Assembly (NCBI RefSeq): GCF_009914755.1
Contig: NC_060928.1
Strand: one strand, 5' to 3'
DNA from: the human T2T-CHM13v2.0 reference genome, Homo sapiens
DNA: 64,000 bases
This document shows, piece by piece, positions 48,074 through 63,851 of this stretch; the first letter of the stretch is position 1, and every line of letters begins with the position of its first letter. Both the position numbers and the translations under genes were made by a program. The notes under the pieces were generated by a model. That model was given only the letters and a program-made list of their open reading frames with translations, was not told where the DNA came from and searched no databases.

Positions 48074-50261
48074 TAGGATTACAGGTTATTGTAAAATAAG
48101 TCATTCATTTAACCAGAGTGATAACTCAAGGGTTTGAAAAAAAAAAAGTGAAAACCTTAATTCTTTAAGAGAGGACACTTAATTTTCTAAACAATTAGCT
48201 CTAATAAAAACAGCATGAAGCCAAATAAATTTGTTTTTCAAAATTTTATAAATAATCTATAAAATCTTAATATTGGTCATAAAATTTAACTTCCATAAGC
48301 CTTTTATAACCTTTATAACCTTTATTAAGGAGTTGGTTAATGCTTCAAGAAAATCTTGTTAATCTGACACAGGGGTCCATATGCTGGTCTTGAATAAGAG
48401 TGTCTTTGACATTACTGGTTAATTTATAGAGAAATTGAACTTATTTTATCTCTTAAAATCAGCCCTTACAATCCCACATGCCCACCGCTTCCACAATAGT
48501 CCCTGGAATTTGAGGCGTTGAATGGCTTTAACTTCTGACCTTGTGTCTCAGGAATGCAGTTTATTTTGATTGGCATATTCTGATGCCAATCAAGAGGGCC
48601 TGAAGATGAGGTTTTAATTGCTGTCGGTGTTTTAAGACTTAGCAGGACTTGGTGTCCTTTTTAGACCCAGGAGTCAAAGCCCTGTAACTTAATGTCACAA
48701 GTACTTTAAAATCACATACAGAAAGATACATGGATGTAATAACCTTAACTTAAAAAAAAAATTTAATCTCAGTTTTTTTCCTAAGCAAATCAAAACTTAA
48801 TAATAATGGCATAGGAATTATTTTTATAAAACCTAAAATCTGTTAGGCCAGTTACCAAAAGGCAAAAGAAAAACCCTTCTGCAGTGTACAGAACATTATG
48901 TTGGAAGAAAACATTTCCTTCAGATCTTTAAGAATATTGTTAGCATCAGGCCACAACAAACAGAAGTTGAGGAAACAAAAACTTATATGAGTTGAAGGAA
49001 ACCATTATTATTTCACTCCTTTTAAAAGGGGAGAGAAAACCAAAAACAGCAAGATGCAATAGAAGTTTAACTTTGGGTTAAGATATAAATAAAATCTCTT
49101 ATAATTTATTAAGAGTAAATCAATACCCTAAGGAACTTTTATTGTTCTAATCAATTCTTTACTATATAAATGTTTTTGGGTTTTTTTACATCAAACCAAG
49201 TCTCTGGAAAGACCATTGTAATTTCCCTTTAACTACAGACAACTTGATCATATAAGTTTTGGGGTTTTTTTTAAATAAATTCTTTCATTGTGACTTACCC
49301 AGACCATTCATGACATGCTTGGACTTTCTGGTTTGTCCTGAACATCCCTTTCTTAAACAACCAGTCATTTTATTCTAGGTCTAAATTTACCATGTAATAT
49401 TCTTTCTCATATAAAATTATTTCTCTTTAAGCTTTCTTACCAAAATATACCTCTTTATTTCTATAAGTTTCTTTACATCTCTCTTATTTCCTGGCTCCTC
49501 TTACCTTGTTTTGTACACAACCTTTAAGCTTTGAATTAGAAAAAAATTGTCCACCTTTTTTAAAAGGACACTTTTTTCTAGAAAGAATGTTTTCCTACAA
49601 TATATTTTTATTGGAAAATACCTAAATAATGAAATATTTTAGTATAACTTTAGATTCTAAATTATGACAAGTTTGCCTACAAGTATTTATCCCATTACAT
49701 CTGTCTATTTTATTTTATTCATTTACCTACATTATTTATGAAAACTGTGATAGTCATCAATTAAAGTTATGAAACTCACCTTTGCAAAATTCTGAGACAG
49801 TGAAAAAGACAGGACCTAACTGACTCCATCTTGCTTCTAACCTCCAAGCTGTCCTTGCTTATTCCCAAACTTTAGAAGGAATTTAATTTATATTTTAGCT
49901 TTGAAACAAAGACAGTAATAGTCCTTTCCCCCAAACAAACTTCCTTGCTGCCTGTGGATTACACTGCCTAATGCCACAATATCAGAAGTTATGGTAATTT
50001 TACTAAATAATTCAAAATATAGCTGTTTTCATTAAACCAATAGCAATGTCTTATTTATTAAAGATTATGAAAGCAATCTTGGGCTGGTAGGTTTGTAACC
50101 CCTATGCCAAATTTTGACACCTTATAGTATTTGGCAGGGATAAGTATGAAATTGCTTGATTAATAAATGCAAACAAAAATGTATGCTGGCAATGCTTAAG
50201 ACATTTCTAATATTACTTTATCAGTAATTTTAAAGCTAGCTTATTTAGTAAAGATTTTACA

Positions 50262-50566
<305 letters not shown>

Positions 50567-50598
50567 TTAAATCATGTAAACTTGAAAAAGCATTGGAC

Positions 50599-50898
<300 letters not shown>

Positions 50899-51531
50899 AG
50901 CATTCGACTAGTCTTCCCTTTTTTTTAAGAAGGTATTTGATTTAAGTGCTTCTATTTTTCTTTAAGCCAATTAATTAGAGCTCTTTTATATATTTTCAGT
51001 AGTGAAACATTATGTACTCAACACACAAATACATAGACATATTAGGCATGCCGATAGAAGTACATCTTATAGATTCATAAAGACCTTTTTTTTTCTATCT
51101 TAGACTTTCAGATATTTGATAACCTGTTTCACAACACTAGGCAGTTGTCAGCTAAATAGCCATAAATTTAGATATTAAATGAAACAACACAGGTGAAAAT
51201 CAAATAGCAAAATTTACATCATAAGGTATATAAAGAAAAAGTCTGGTACTGCTAGAGGGAGATTGATGATGGATGCCAAATCAAACATAAAATTATAGAA
51301 ATCTATCATAGGATTGTATAAGGAGACCAATTTTATTTAGATAGGGACTATTTATTTTTTAACTGGATCTCTAAGCTCTGGGCAGAGCCCACACTGAATC
51401 CTGGGTCTTCAAAAAGAGAATTATTTTAAGGTTAGACCACATGATGCTTTTACAGTGCACTTTAAAAACAAAGACATTTCTAAGTGCCTAAACTATACTC
51501 TTCCTTAAAAACCCCAGAGAAGCCTCGGTTG

Positions 51532-52327
<796 letters not shown>

Positions 52328-52592
52328 GTTGCAATAGATATTAATGAAGAACACAGAATTCAGTCAACTAAGAAGAAAAAAAATTACTAAAAAAAAAAAA
52401 GACAAGGTCCTGGGAGAGAAAAAAAACAAAACAAAACATGAAGGTCTTTTAAATACACACATGCACACATGCACACACATGCACACATACACACACACAC
52501 ACACACACATCTTGGATGTTAGCTTTTAATTAAGCTGACTTTTAACCATTGAGTTCCTTTTTTAAAAAAATCTTTTAAAATCTCATTACTAT

Positions 52593-53349
52593 TGTCAGTG
52601 AAAAGAGTTGAACTCTAAAATATTTGAAGAGCTTTATTCTGAGCCAAATATGACTGATCATGGCGCATGACACAGCCCTCAGGAGGTCCTGAGAACGTGT
52701 GCCCAAGGTGGTCAGGGTGAGGCTTGGTTTTACACGTTTTAGAGAGGCACAAGACATCAATTAAATACATTTAAGAAATATATTGGTTTGGTCCAGAAAG
52801 GTGGGACAATTTAAAACCAGGTGGGTGTGGGGGGCTTCCAGGCTGTAGGCGAATTTAAACATTTTCTGGTTGACAATTGGTTGAGTTTGCCTAAAGACAC
52901 GGGATTCATAGAAAGGGAATGTTCGGATTAAGATAAAGATTGTGGAGACCAAAGTTCTTTTGAAGTCTTAATAGTGGCGGCCCTTAAAGACAATAGATGA
53001 AAATGTTTCCTATTCAGATCTTAGTTAATCGCTTTAGGATTGGGAGGATCTGGAAGAAAAAGATCTAGCTATGTTAACAGAGATTCTTTAAAGATGCAAA
53101 TTCTCCCCTACAAAGAACAGCTTTGCAGGGCCACTTCAAGATATGGCAAAGAAACATGTTTTAGGGTAAAATAATTTTGCTTTTCTTCCTTGTCTCATAA
53201 TGCTATGTCAGAGTCAAGTTGGAAAATAACTCATGATATATTGGCTTAAATAAAACCCTTCTGATGAGAATTTATGATTTGTAGGGCATGACTCCCCAGA
53301 CACCTTAGATAGGAATTTGGGCAAGATAAAAAAATCAGTTTAGTCCTTA
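52593..53349 (-). mobile_element. MER4E/MER4D-type solo LTR nested in MER4-int
   Basis: Minus-strand start resembles TGAGGACTAA..TGATTTTTTTATCTTGCCCAAATTCCTATCTAAGG. Contains the MER4 core CTCAGGAGGTCCTGAG. 4-bp TSD CTAT. Confidence 0.82.
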
Positions 53350-53636
53350 CTATATTTCAGCTAGGACAAATTGCTGCTATTTCAGAAGTACCAAGTATCA
53401 AACCAGAAAGGGCTTGATTTAGGAACCAAACCCAGGGCTGTTTTGGTAGGAAAAAAAACAAAGGCACAACCTTAGCTATCGGGTGGGACCTTAGCAGTGT
53501 GGGAGGACAGCCATTGCTTTCAGTTTGGCCTAACAAAAAGGGTGGTGTTATGTAAACAAAGCCCCTTTAGTAGTCAAAATCAAAAATCCTTCCTCTTTTT
53601 CCTTTTGCTGGCCATTTTCCTCCCCACCACACCATC

Positions 53637-53671
<35 letters not shown>

Positions 53672-55963
53672 AGCCACTTCTCAGGCCTTCTTCCCCATAA
53701 TTTGGAACTTTCCTTTGGATTTGATCAAGTTGGATAGAGTTGATCAAACCCTGATCAAGTTGGATAGAGTTGATCAAACCCAATGGGAAAAAGACCAAAA
53801 CAACAATAAAAAACAGACAATAACAACAAAAAACAGTTAGGCAAAACAAACAATGGCACAATTTATATGATAACTGAGTGCTCTAATGGTAAGGAGAAAT
53901 TAAGACCAGTTGGTCGTTAATCTTAACTTTAACCAAGACAAACCCCAATTCAGTTACTTACCTAGGGACGAGTCTCTGGCTATAGACTGCTCTCTACCAT
54001 TCAAGAAGCAGGAAAAACAAAACAAAACAAAACAAAAAACACTCCTTTTCCCTGTTGGAAGTGAGCCAAACTCCAACGTCATGGAAACAGGAAATTTGTC
54101 TTTCTTGATAGAAGCAAGTAAAACTCCAAAAAAGAGAAGTTGTACAGCAAAATAAACTTTAGATCTTGACCAAATTTGGGGAAATCAGGGATTCTCTGGA
54201 GGGGGTGCTCTCAGACCTCAGCAAATTGTCCTATTGGTTTGAGCTGTAAAATTAGCTCATGCTGGTACCAAGCACTGATAAGAGGTTTGCCAAAGGTCAG
54301 GGGCATCTCCACTCAGAATCCCTCTGTGGTTACCAAAATGTGAACCCCAAAAATTTGAGACAGGTCTCAGTGAATTTACAGTTTATTTTGCCAAGGTTGA
54401 TAACACAACCCCATGACACAGCCTCAGGAGGTCCTGATGACATGTGCCCAAGGTGGTCAGAGCACAGTTGGGTTTTATACATTCTAGGGACACATGAGAC
54501 ATCAATCAACATATGCAAGATGAACATTGGTTCTGTCTGGAAAGACGGGACAACTCAAAGCAAAGGCAGGAATACTGGAACCAGGGACGGGGCTTTCCAG
54601 GTCATAGGTAGATAAGAGACAAATGGTTGCATTATTTTGAGTTTCTGACTAGCCTCTCCAAAGGAGGCGATCAGATATGTCAGTGAGCAGAGGTGTGAGT
54701 TTGAATAGAATGGGAGGCAGGTTGGCCCTAAGCAGTTCCAAGCTTCACTTTTCCCTTTAGCTTAGTGATTTGGGGGCTCCACTATTGATTTTCTTTCACA
54801 ACTCAATAACCCAGGAATAATTAAGGGAAAGGCAAGATGGAGGATGAATTACTCAGCTTACTGTTAAAATTTTCTCAGTGATATAATTTTTGCAAAGGTG
54901 GTTTCTACTCCCCAGCTACCACCCCTCTTGTCTAGTCATCTTATTCCTTGCCCCAGAAACCACAGACCTCCCTACAATGTAGCAACTCAGGGGTTAACCT
55001 TGACACACCAGGAACCCTCCCAGACCTCCCCAAGCTCGAAAGACCTGTGGCCTTGTCCCTTGAGGCCCTAAGGCTCTACTAATCATTATTTATTTTGACC
55101 ATCACCCCTGGGTCTAAGTGTCCTAGCACAAAGACCAATAAAACAGAAGTTGGCATTTTAGAGGGTCTCAGTTATTATCGCATTCTAATTTTTGAGTCAG
55201 AAGAGTAATTTTCCTAGAATCAAAGAATGGGCTAGTTGGAGATTTTTTTAATGCTCTTCTTTTAGTTAAACAAACAACATGATTTTGCGGGGGAATAAAT
55301 ATCCCCCAACTTTATGTCATTAAAGACAGTGTGTGGTACTATAACGGTATTCCCCAAAGTCATCTAGAAATTATCAATGAAGGAAAATACATATTATAAA
55401 TTTCTGCTAGGCAACATTTAAACTGGAAAAGCAGTGGTCTTAAATGAGTTTAAATATTTTTTTTCTGAATTTTTTCTCTTTATTTTCAGAATTGAAAAGC
55501 AAGAACTACAACAAAATGCCTCTTAACTAAAGTAGACCTTAATATGCAACTGAAATTCAATAAAGATACATTTTTTAAAGTCTGTTTTGTTTTTTAATGT
55601 CCAATTACCAAATGGGTTAAGAGCACATACTTGAAGCCCAGCTTTCTTGGTTAGCATCTTGGTTCCACACTTACTGGTTATGTGTGCATAGGCCAGTTAC
55701 TCAATCTTTGTGTGCCTCCATTTCCTCAGCTGTAAAGTGGGGGTAGTAGTATCTACCTTACAGGATTTTCATGAAGATTTATAAAGCAAATATTTACAAA
55801 GAGATTAGAATAGTGCTTGCCACATAGTAAATGCTATCCAAGTGTTTGTTAAATAAAAAATAAGCACCATAGATCACGTTTACCATCATTACTAATTTTT
55901 GATAAAGACAAAATTTTAAGTTGGAAATCCAAAGAAAACGTTTAAATAGAAGTCTAAGTTTTG

Positions 55964-56307
<344 letters not shown>

Positions 56308-56681
56308 TTAAGGCTTGTTATGGAAAATTGGCATAAATCTCCCTCGCTTTCAACTTTCACCTATTCCACTCTCCGTGGTGTTCCTTCTCTGCAAAGTCAT
56401 CCATATGTATTATAAAAGTGGGTGCCTTGGACTGGTATGTTGACTAATTTGTTCTTAGCTCTTCTCTCATCCGCCTAAGAACAAGAAAAACAAGATTGAG
56501 GCCTCTGCTATGAAACTCTTAGGTAATAAAATTAATAGCACTGTTCATGCCTACTTAGAACAAAGGCTACCTGAGTACATGAGAATATTTTCCTCAGTGT
56601 TAAAATGCCAGAGCACAAAGGCACCCCAGTTCTCCCTGGTGAGGGTTTGAGCCCGAATTGTTCACTACCCCACCCCTCACC

Positions 56682-56968
56682 TTTTTTTTTCTTGAGACAG
56701 GGTCTCACTCTGTTGCCTGGACTAGAGTGCAGTGGTTCGATCATGTCTCACTGTAGCCTCCACCTCCTGGGCTCAAGTCATCCGTCCTCCCACCTCAGCC
56801 TCCTGAGTAGCTGAGACTACAGGAGTACACCACCACATCTGGCTAATTTTTGTAGAGACAGGGTTTCACCATGATGCCCAGGCTAGTCTCGAACTTGTGG
56901 ACTCAAGAGAGCCACTCGCCTCAACCTCCCAAAGTGCTGTGATTACAGGGGTGAGCCACCCGCCAGCC
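56682..56968 (-). mobile_element. AluJ
   Basis: Alu consensus. Confidence 0.88.
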
Positions 56969-57555
56969 CTGCCCACTCCTTGTTTTGTAAATACCTGCTA
57001 TCAGGTCTTCCAACCTTGGTTTGGTTACTTAACCTCACTCTTTGCCTCTAATCCCTCATCTGTAAACTGAGCGTTAATAGACTGCTGTGAGATTTAATTA
57101 ATACATAATGTGCCTGCATATGTATGGTATAACAAGGATATCATAAACATTAGTTATTAATAATTCGTGGAAATAAGTCTTTCCAGTTTTGGCATTGCTT
57201 TTCCCTTAAAGGTTTATTTCAAATACCCCTATGACCCAGAAAATGGGGCAGGGTAGGGGGAGTTGCCTGCTGGAGACAGAACGGAGAGTGGATGGATATA
57301 GCGGGCGTGGACGGACAGCGACAGAAGCTGATAACAGCACAGAAGGGCAAAGTCTGCTCAGCAGCCCCCAAAATAAACTTGAGCCTGGCAATCGGCGCAG
57401 AACCCCAGCAGTCAGCAGCTTCGGTGCAAAGCAACTAACACCTGAAGGCTTCCAAAAGCAGCAGGGCTCTCTCTAGCGGGGGAGCCTTTTCGACCAGAGA
57501 GGAGCCAGAAGGGGGCCTCAGTGCAGCCTCCACTCCACTCAATTCCCGGAGTTAC

Positions 57556-57750
57556 CTTGGCGGGCTCCACGCTCCGAGAGACGCCGTTGCTCTATGAGGC
57601 GTGTCTGTGTTTCTCTAGTTCGCGGCTCCAGCAGTCGCGCCAAGGGGCAGCTGCTACTCCTGCCAGATACACCAGTTATCACAGGCCGCTCCCAGGCCTG
57701 CGGGGGCCCTGAGAATTCGCAACAAGCCCCGGGCAGCAGGGCTCGGCTGG
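57556..57750 (-). other. CNGA1: CNGA1 non-coding exon 1 (5' UTR); TSS approximate
   Basis: Minus-strand donor CCAAG|gtaact at 57556/57555 in the CpG island. CNGA1 is known to lie head-to-head with NIPAL1. Confidence 0.75.
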
Positions 57751-57912
57751 CGCTGAGGCCCCGCCTGGCCATGCCCATTGGCGGAGGCTGCCCCGGGGGC
57801 GGGGTCAGGGCGCCCCATTCCCAGACCCCGCAGCCCCGCCCGCCGCGGGTGCGTGTGGAGAGGCCCAGGTGAGGAGCAAGCGCCCGCGTTCCGGAAGCCC
57901 GCTCCCGGGGCC

Positions 57913-57958
57913 ATGGGGGCACAGGTGAGGCTGCCGCCCGGAGAGCCCTGCCGAGAAG
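57913..57958 (+). CDS. NIPAL1: NIPAL1 (NIPA-like Mg2+ transporter) coding exon 1, MGAQVRLPPGEPCRE + G, phase-1 donor; downstream exons lie beyond the window
   Basis: Strong Kozak context GGGGCCATGG at 57913. The peptide matches the NIPAL1 N-terminus as I remember it. Donor GAAG|gtttgt at 57958/57959, inside a CpG island. Confidence 0.93.
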
Positions 57959-60071
57959 GTTTGTGTCTGCCCTGAGCCGAGGGACCTGGCAGCTGGGTGG
58001 CGAAGAGACCGGGTGGGCGGTCCCCGGACACTTGCGGAGACTGGAAAGGGGGGCTGTACCGACTCTAAACGTAGTCGTTCACTCATTCATTCATTCAGTC
58101 AGTCGGCCGTCCAGCCAGGCGTTCAACACTTATTTATGGGTGCCTAGGCGATTCGGGCTGTGCTGGAAAACCTGAGTGGAATAAGGCAGGTGGGACTCCC
58201 ACTCGATTCGCGAGGCCGACCAGTGTAAATTACCGCGTGCTGCGTGTGGGACGGGGAAACTCAGGATGCTATGGGAAGAATCCCGAGTCCCTCTGAGAAG
58301 GACGTTTCCTCTGACTCAGGCTCCCTTCCAGAGTCTGCGGCCGACGTCACCCGGTGGGCAGAGGGCGTGTCTGCCTGGGGGGCCCGTGGGAGTTCTGCGC
58401 TGCGCCCTGCGCTGGCTCCCGGGGATCGAGCACCGCGAGAGGTTGGGCGCCCGGGGCCGCGGGGGTGGGCGTTGGGCAAGTCTGGGCCGCCCACGTCTCT
58501 CCTCTTCCTTGGAAATGAAAAGGTCTCCAAACCCATGAGCCTGTCTGACTCGCTGTGCAGTCACTCTTTGGCTGCTTAAGGCGAGAGCCGTACTGGAGAG
58601 GAAACCTGGAACCGGGAGCACTCGTTTGCAGGCTCTTCTTACTGCTTCTCACCTGAGCCCCGTGAAATCTCTGGGCGAGGCTCCTTGCCCTTCGCCAAGT
58701 GTTCGCAACACTGGCGGGTTTTCTGCAGTCTCCATACAGAAGGCCCCGATAAAAGTAGGGAAGGGGGTAGGGGGAGCGACTGGAAGGATGTAGATACATT
58801 GAAATGATGGTTTTCGCCGTACCAAGGGGAAAGCAGCTTTTTAATTTACCTGATAATGCAGTAAAGGGGAAGGGAGGCAGTGAAAGGCATGGTAAGAACT
58901 ACTATATATATACACACATATATATAGTTCCCTTACACATATATATATATGTATATACATATACACCTTTGCAAAGGTGCTCGCAACTTCCCTAGTTTCC
59001 TCTCCTCTTGACTCTTCCAGCTTATTCCTTTTTAACAAGTGAGCTCGTCCAAACCATGCTAGCAAGGAAGAGAAGGGACACCAAAAAAAGGAGAAAAATG
59101 CCTGAACAATTCACAAGCTATTAAAAAAAATTTTTTAAGGCCGCTGGATCTAGAATTATTTTCTAGTCTTTTTTTCTGAAAAAGAGCAATAACGCCTGAA
59201 CAACTCACAAACTATTAAAAAACAAAAATTTTAAGGCAGCTGAATCTAGAATTATTTCCTAGAGAGTCAGGTTGTGTGCCCTTTTTCTAAATAATTTCTA
59301 ACCCAGCAAATCTGACAGTTACTAACACACCCACACTTGTTTACCCAAGGATCTGTAAGTAAGGAAGGTATATGAATTACACCCACTTGTTTGAGCTTCT
59401 GGATGTTTTTCCTGCTTTGCTTATGCATTGAGTTCCAACAAGAAACATTTAAGCTCCAGGCTTAATACCTGTGATTAACCATGGTAATTAATTGTGTGAA
59501 AAGCTGGTGAGAAAGACTTAGAAATCTGAATGCACGTTATTAGTAGTGGGAAGAGATTAGGCTTTGGCATCAGACAGTCTGAGCTGTAACTTAGCTTCCT
59601 TGAGCATTTTCCTGTCTATAAATTGGGGGTCATCCCTCCAGTTTACAGTTCTGAAGAGTAGGTGCAGGTGGGATTACATATGAACTACACCACTCAGAGC
59701 TTGACATGGAGTAAACAAAGACTCAATTTTTCACTTGTTCATTCAAATAACAAGAGTCCCATGTGCCAAGCACTGGCATAGGTGCTGGGATAGAGGGATC
59801 TGCAAGACAGTCTGGTCCCAGACTCTAGGACTAGGTTCCTGCTCTCAGGCACCTTACTGTTCAGATGGCAGCTACTATGCAAGAAACAAAGTAATTTAAA
59901 AGATCATTATAATAGCAGTAATGTATCAAGAGTGTTGGGATGTTTAGATTGGGTATTCAATGAAAGCCCCTTACGAAAGTGATATTCAAGCTGAGACCCA
60001 AATGACAAGGGGTCAGTCATGAGATCTGAAGATAGAACATTCCAGTTGAACTTCCATGAAGAAAAAGTTAA

Positions 60072-60397
<326 letters not shown>

Positions 60398-61519
60398 TAA
60401 AGCTATAGATGCTTCAAAAGAGTCTCTAATCCAAAATTATCTTTAAAAGAAACAAATGCAAATATGTATGAAGGTTGTTATAAAGCTGTAATTAAGCCAT
60501 ATGAGGAAGTCTATTTGATTGGGAACATATGATGGAAAGTGACTGAGAGGTTCCTTTAGATTGGGAAGGCAGGAAAGGCCTCTCTGAGTTGCTTAGTCCT
60601 CTCACTCAGAAGAAGCTAGCTATGCCAGCCAGCACTCTGTAACAGGCTCAGGAACAGCTGCTTTTTAAAAAGCTTAAGGTGAGAAGGAACTTATTCTATG
60701 AAAGGAACAGAAGAAAAGGCAATAGTAGGGAATGAGGTTAGGCAGCTGGAGACAGGATTCCACAGGGCCTTATAGGCTATAGTGGGAATTTTGGATTTTT
60801 TTCGGAATGAGAAGGGAAGCCCTTGTGGAGTTTTGGAAGGAGGAATGACAAGATCAGACCTACTTGTCTAAAGGTTCATTTCACCTGATCCTTCTCCCAC
60901 CTACTCTTTAGCCACATCTCATACCATCTCCCTTTCTGTCACCCCAGGCAACCTGGCTGACTGCAGTTTCTTCAACCCCTCAGGGTTTCTGCTTTTAGAC
61001 TTAGCAGAGAGGCTCTTTTGTTTAATCCTGTTTTAAAAAATATATTCCTTGATGCTGCTTTTACTACTTGCTATGGCACTCTTAACATACGTATAGTTAT
61101 TTGTTTGTTAATCCTATCTGCCCCCACTGGAATATAAGAGAGCGGGACCATTGTTGTATTCATTTTTCTATCTCCAGATTCTAGAAAATGCCCAACAGGT
61201 AGTACACCATACATATTTGTTGAATGAAGGAAAAGAAGATTAGTGTTTCAGAGAGGGGTGAGAGGGAGAGTAATGCAATATGATGTCAGAGACGAGCCAG
61301 TTTCAGAGCATGAGAAGCTTTAAAGTTCAAAGTTAGTGAGGAGTTGAGATTTTGTTGTAAGTTGAGATGAAAAACCATGACAGGGGACAGGGAGTATTAA
61401 GCCAGGGAGTGATATAACCTACTTCCCACTGGTTAGCGTTTGGAGAATAAATTGTAACAGATATAAAGAGATTTCATTCAGTCATTCCCATGCTAATATG
61501 AATAGGCAGGTATATCACA

Positions 61520-61890
61520 TATTCTTGCTTAGGTTTCTAGGTCAGCTGAAGGTTGACTGATCTAGATGGGGCTCACCTATATGTCTCTGCTTCAGGCTAA
61601 TGTCCACCTGGGTTTGGCTCCTTCATGTGGGATGAGCTCAGATCTGCTCCATGTGTCTTCATTTGGGTGCAGAGGCTGAAGGGACAGCAGCTCCTCAGGG
61701 AATTACAGAGATGCAAATGAGTAAACCCAACCACATAAGCATCTTTGAAATCTAGCTTCATATCACTTCTGCTGACTTCCCATTGGCCACCAACTTACTT
61801 CCAGCCCAACATCAGGTGAAGCACCTTTGCCCACATTGGGAAAGGTAAGGGGCTGAATACTGAATGAATAATAATCCAAACTATCACAGT
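61520..61890. mobile_element. MLT1-type MaLR LTR fragment
   Basis: ctgctccatgtgtct, tcacttctgctgacttcccattggcca and aataataatccaaactatcaca motifs. Confidence 0.6.
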
Positions 61891-63851
61891 AGAATAGATG
61901 GTGAGACCCCCAACTGGAAATATCTTGCGGTGATTAAAAAGGTAGTTTTATACAATTATTGACTTTCTTAAAACCAGATTTCTATTCCATGTAATAAACT
62001 GGATAATTTAAATTATTATTTAAATTTATATTATTATTCTCTATAGGCAAATATTTGACAAATTATTTAAAGCATTTCATCCTTATATAAACATGAATAA
62101 TAAATTTCAACTGGCTTTTTCTTGTACTTTATGTTTTTATTTTTCTGAAATAGAATGCTGGCTGGGAATTGGGTTACTTGGCCCTGGTTTTAGCAGTTAC
62201 ATAACTTTGGCCAGTGTCACTTAATATATTGGCATCAGTTTCTTTAAAATATCTCTCCTCTATCAGTGCCTATGAGTTTAGAACTGGTCCATCAGCAACA
62301 TTTATGAGGCACCAGTATTGTAAGTAATTCTGAGAACAAACATAGGTTATGATCAAACTTTAGAATCATTGAGTCAAAGTCCCTCATTTTACAGATGTGG
62401 AAACTGAAACCAAGAGCCATTACTCAACTTGCCCATGATTATAGATAGTAGATCTTCATTTTTAAATGTTAAAGGTGTGTGTATGTAAACTATTACACCT
62501 GTACATAGAAGATAAATATTAGGTTGAAACATATGAAACTACTTGTCATAGGGTTCAAATTGTTCAGTTATCATCAATTTCATATAGTTCAACATAATAT
62601 AAGAACATTAGAAGTACTGTTTGTAGGACCTGTAAATTACTTAAATATCAATCAACTATAAAACAGAAAAATTAGTTGTGTGATAGTTATACAGTGGAAT
62701 TCTCTAGAACAGTGGGGAAAAAACAAATCCTGCAGCCTCATGCATCATGTTTTGATGAATCTCAAAAACAAGTCACCTAAGAACAAATTCTTTATCATTA
62801 CACTTTCATAGGTGCAAAAAGAGGCAAAAGCATTTTCAAGATATATGGAGAAAATCTTTTTTATAAGCAAAAGAATGTTAAAGAGAAAATCAGGATAGTT
62901 ACTAACTCTGAGGGGTGATGCTTTATTTCTTAAACTGGCTGGTTGATACATTGGTGTGTATATATATATATTTATAATATATATTTCCTAAATATTCATT
63001 ATTCTCTATTTAGAAAAATAACATCAAAGAAGAAGTACATGTTCGTGGCTAGCAAGAGTGTACTTTGGTACAGTCACTTTAGAGGACTATTGATAGTGTC
63101 TGTTAAAAATGAAGCATAATGAATGGAGTAGATGTTCTCTTTCTGTGGAATAAAGTCTGGATTAAACTCCCTGGAAAATTACTGTGCTTACTTAAATCTT
63201 GATAAGCCAATTGTGACTTGAGATGTCTTTGATTCCTTTAAAACACTCCAAATTCCCTGCCCACACACCATCCATTACCCATCTCTTCCCTTCTCCCGTA
63301 GGCCACTCCACATCCACTAACCCATCCTTTCTTTCCTCTTTCAGTCATATCTGCTGTAGGCTCTCTCCCTAACATGTTCCCAAAGCATAAAACAATTTAA
63401 GTCCTAAGGTCAGTAACCAGACAAGATTTTTATTATTTTTCCTGCCATAAAACTTGGAGCATTCATGCCTGCCAGTTGCAATGAGAACTTGCAAAATGCA
63501 ACAGTGATCATTTGATCTCCCTTATGACCCTCTGCTCCCACACCCCCTACAATGTCAGAAACATTTTGCTGTATCAACAGCTTAGAAGGAATATTGTTTC
63601 ACTGGAATGAGATCCACCCACACTGATTTCAGAGACAAAGTTTTGGAGTGGTTATGTTAACTGCATAGTAAATGACATGAATGCAGCCATGGAATTCACT
63701 GGTAAGTCAGGTCCGATGTTTTCTTAGGAATGAATGTAATCAAAATTCTTACAAAAATATACTTAATCACTTTCCCTTCTTGGGGCTTAGATGAGATAAA
63801 CATCGTGTGGAACAAGATTGCTAAGGGCTAGCTTGCTTGAAAATTTGCAGC

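Larger units (their letters stand above)
57290..58720. promoter_or_regulatory. CpG island / bidirectional promoter shared by CNGA1 (-) and NIPAL1 (+)
   Basis: Sharp rise in GC and CpG content. Inverted CCAAT (ATTGG 57777-57781), GC box GGGGCGGGG 57796-57804, ETS motif CCGGAAG 57891-57897, and divergent first exons. Confidence 0.9.

Noticed and set aside
49770-50010. LTR8-like 5' fragment on the + strand inside MER4-int
   Set aside because: No TSD or LTR 3' end. Probably part of the MER4-int sequence itself rather than a separate insertion.
57206-58799. Overlapping 60-150 aa ORFs on both strands
   Set aside because: Expected from stop-codon scarcity in a GC-rich CpG island. Only NIPAL1 exon 1 is recognisable.
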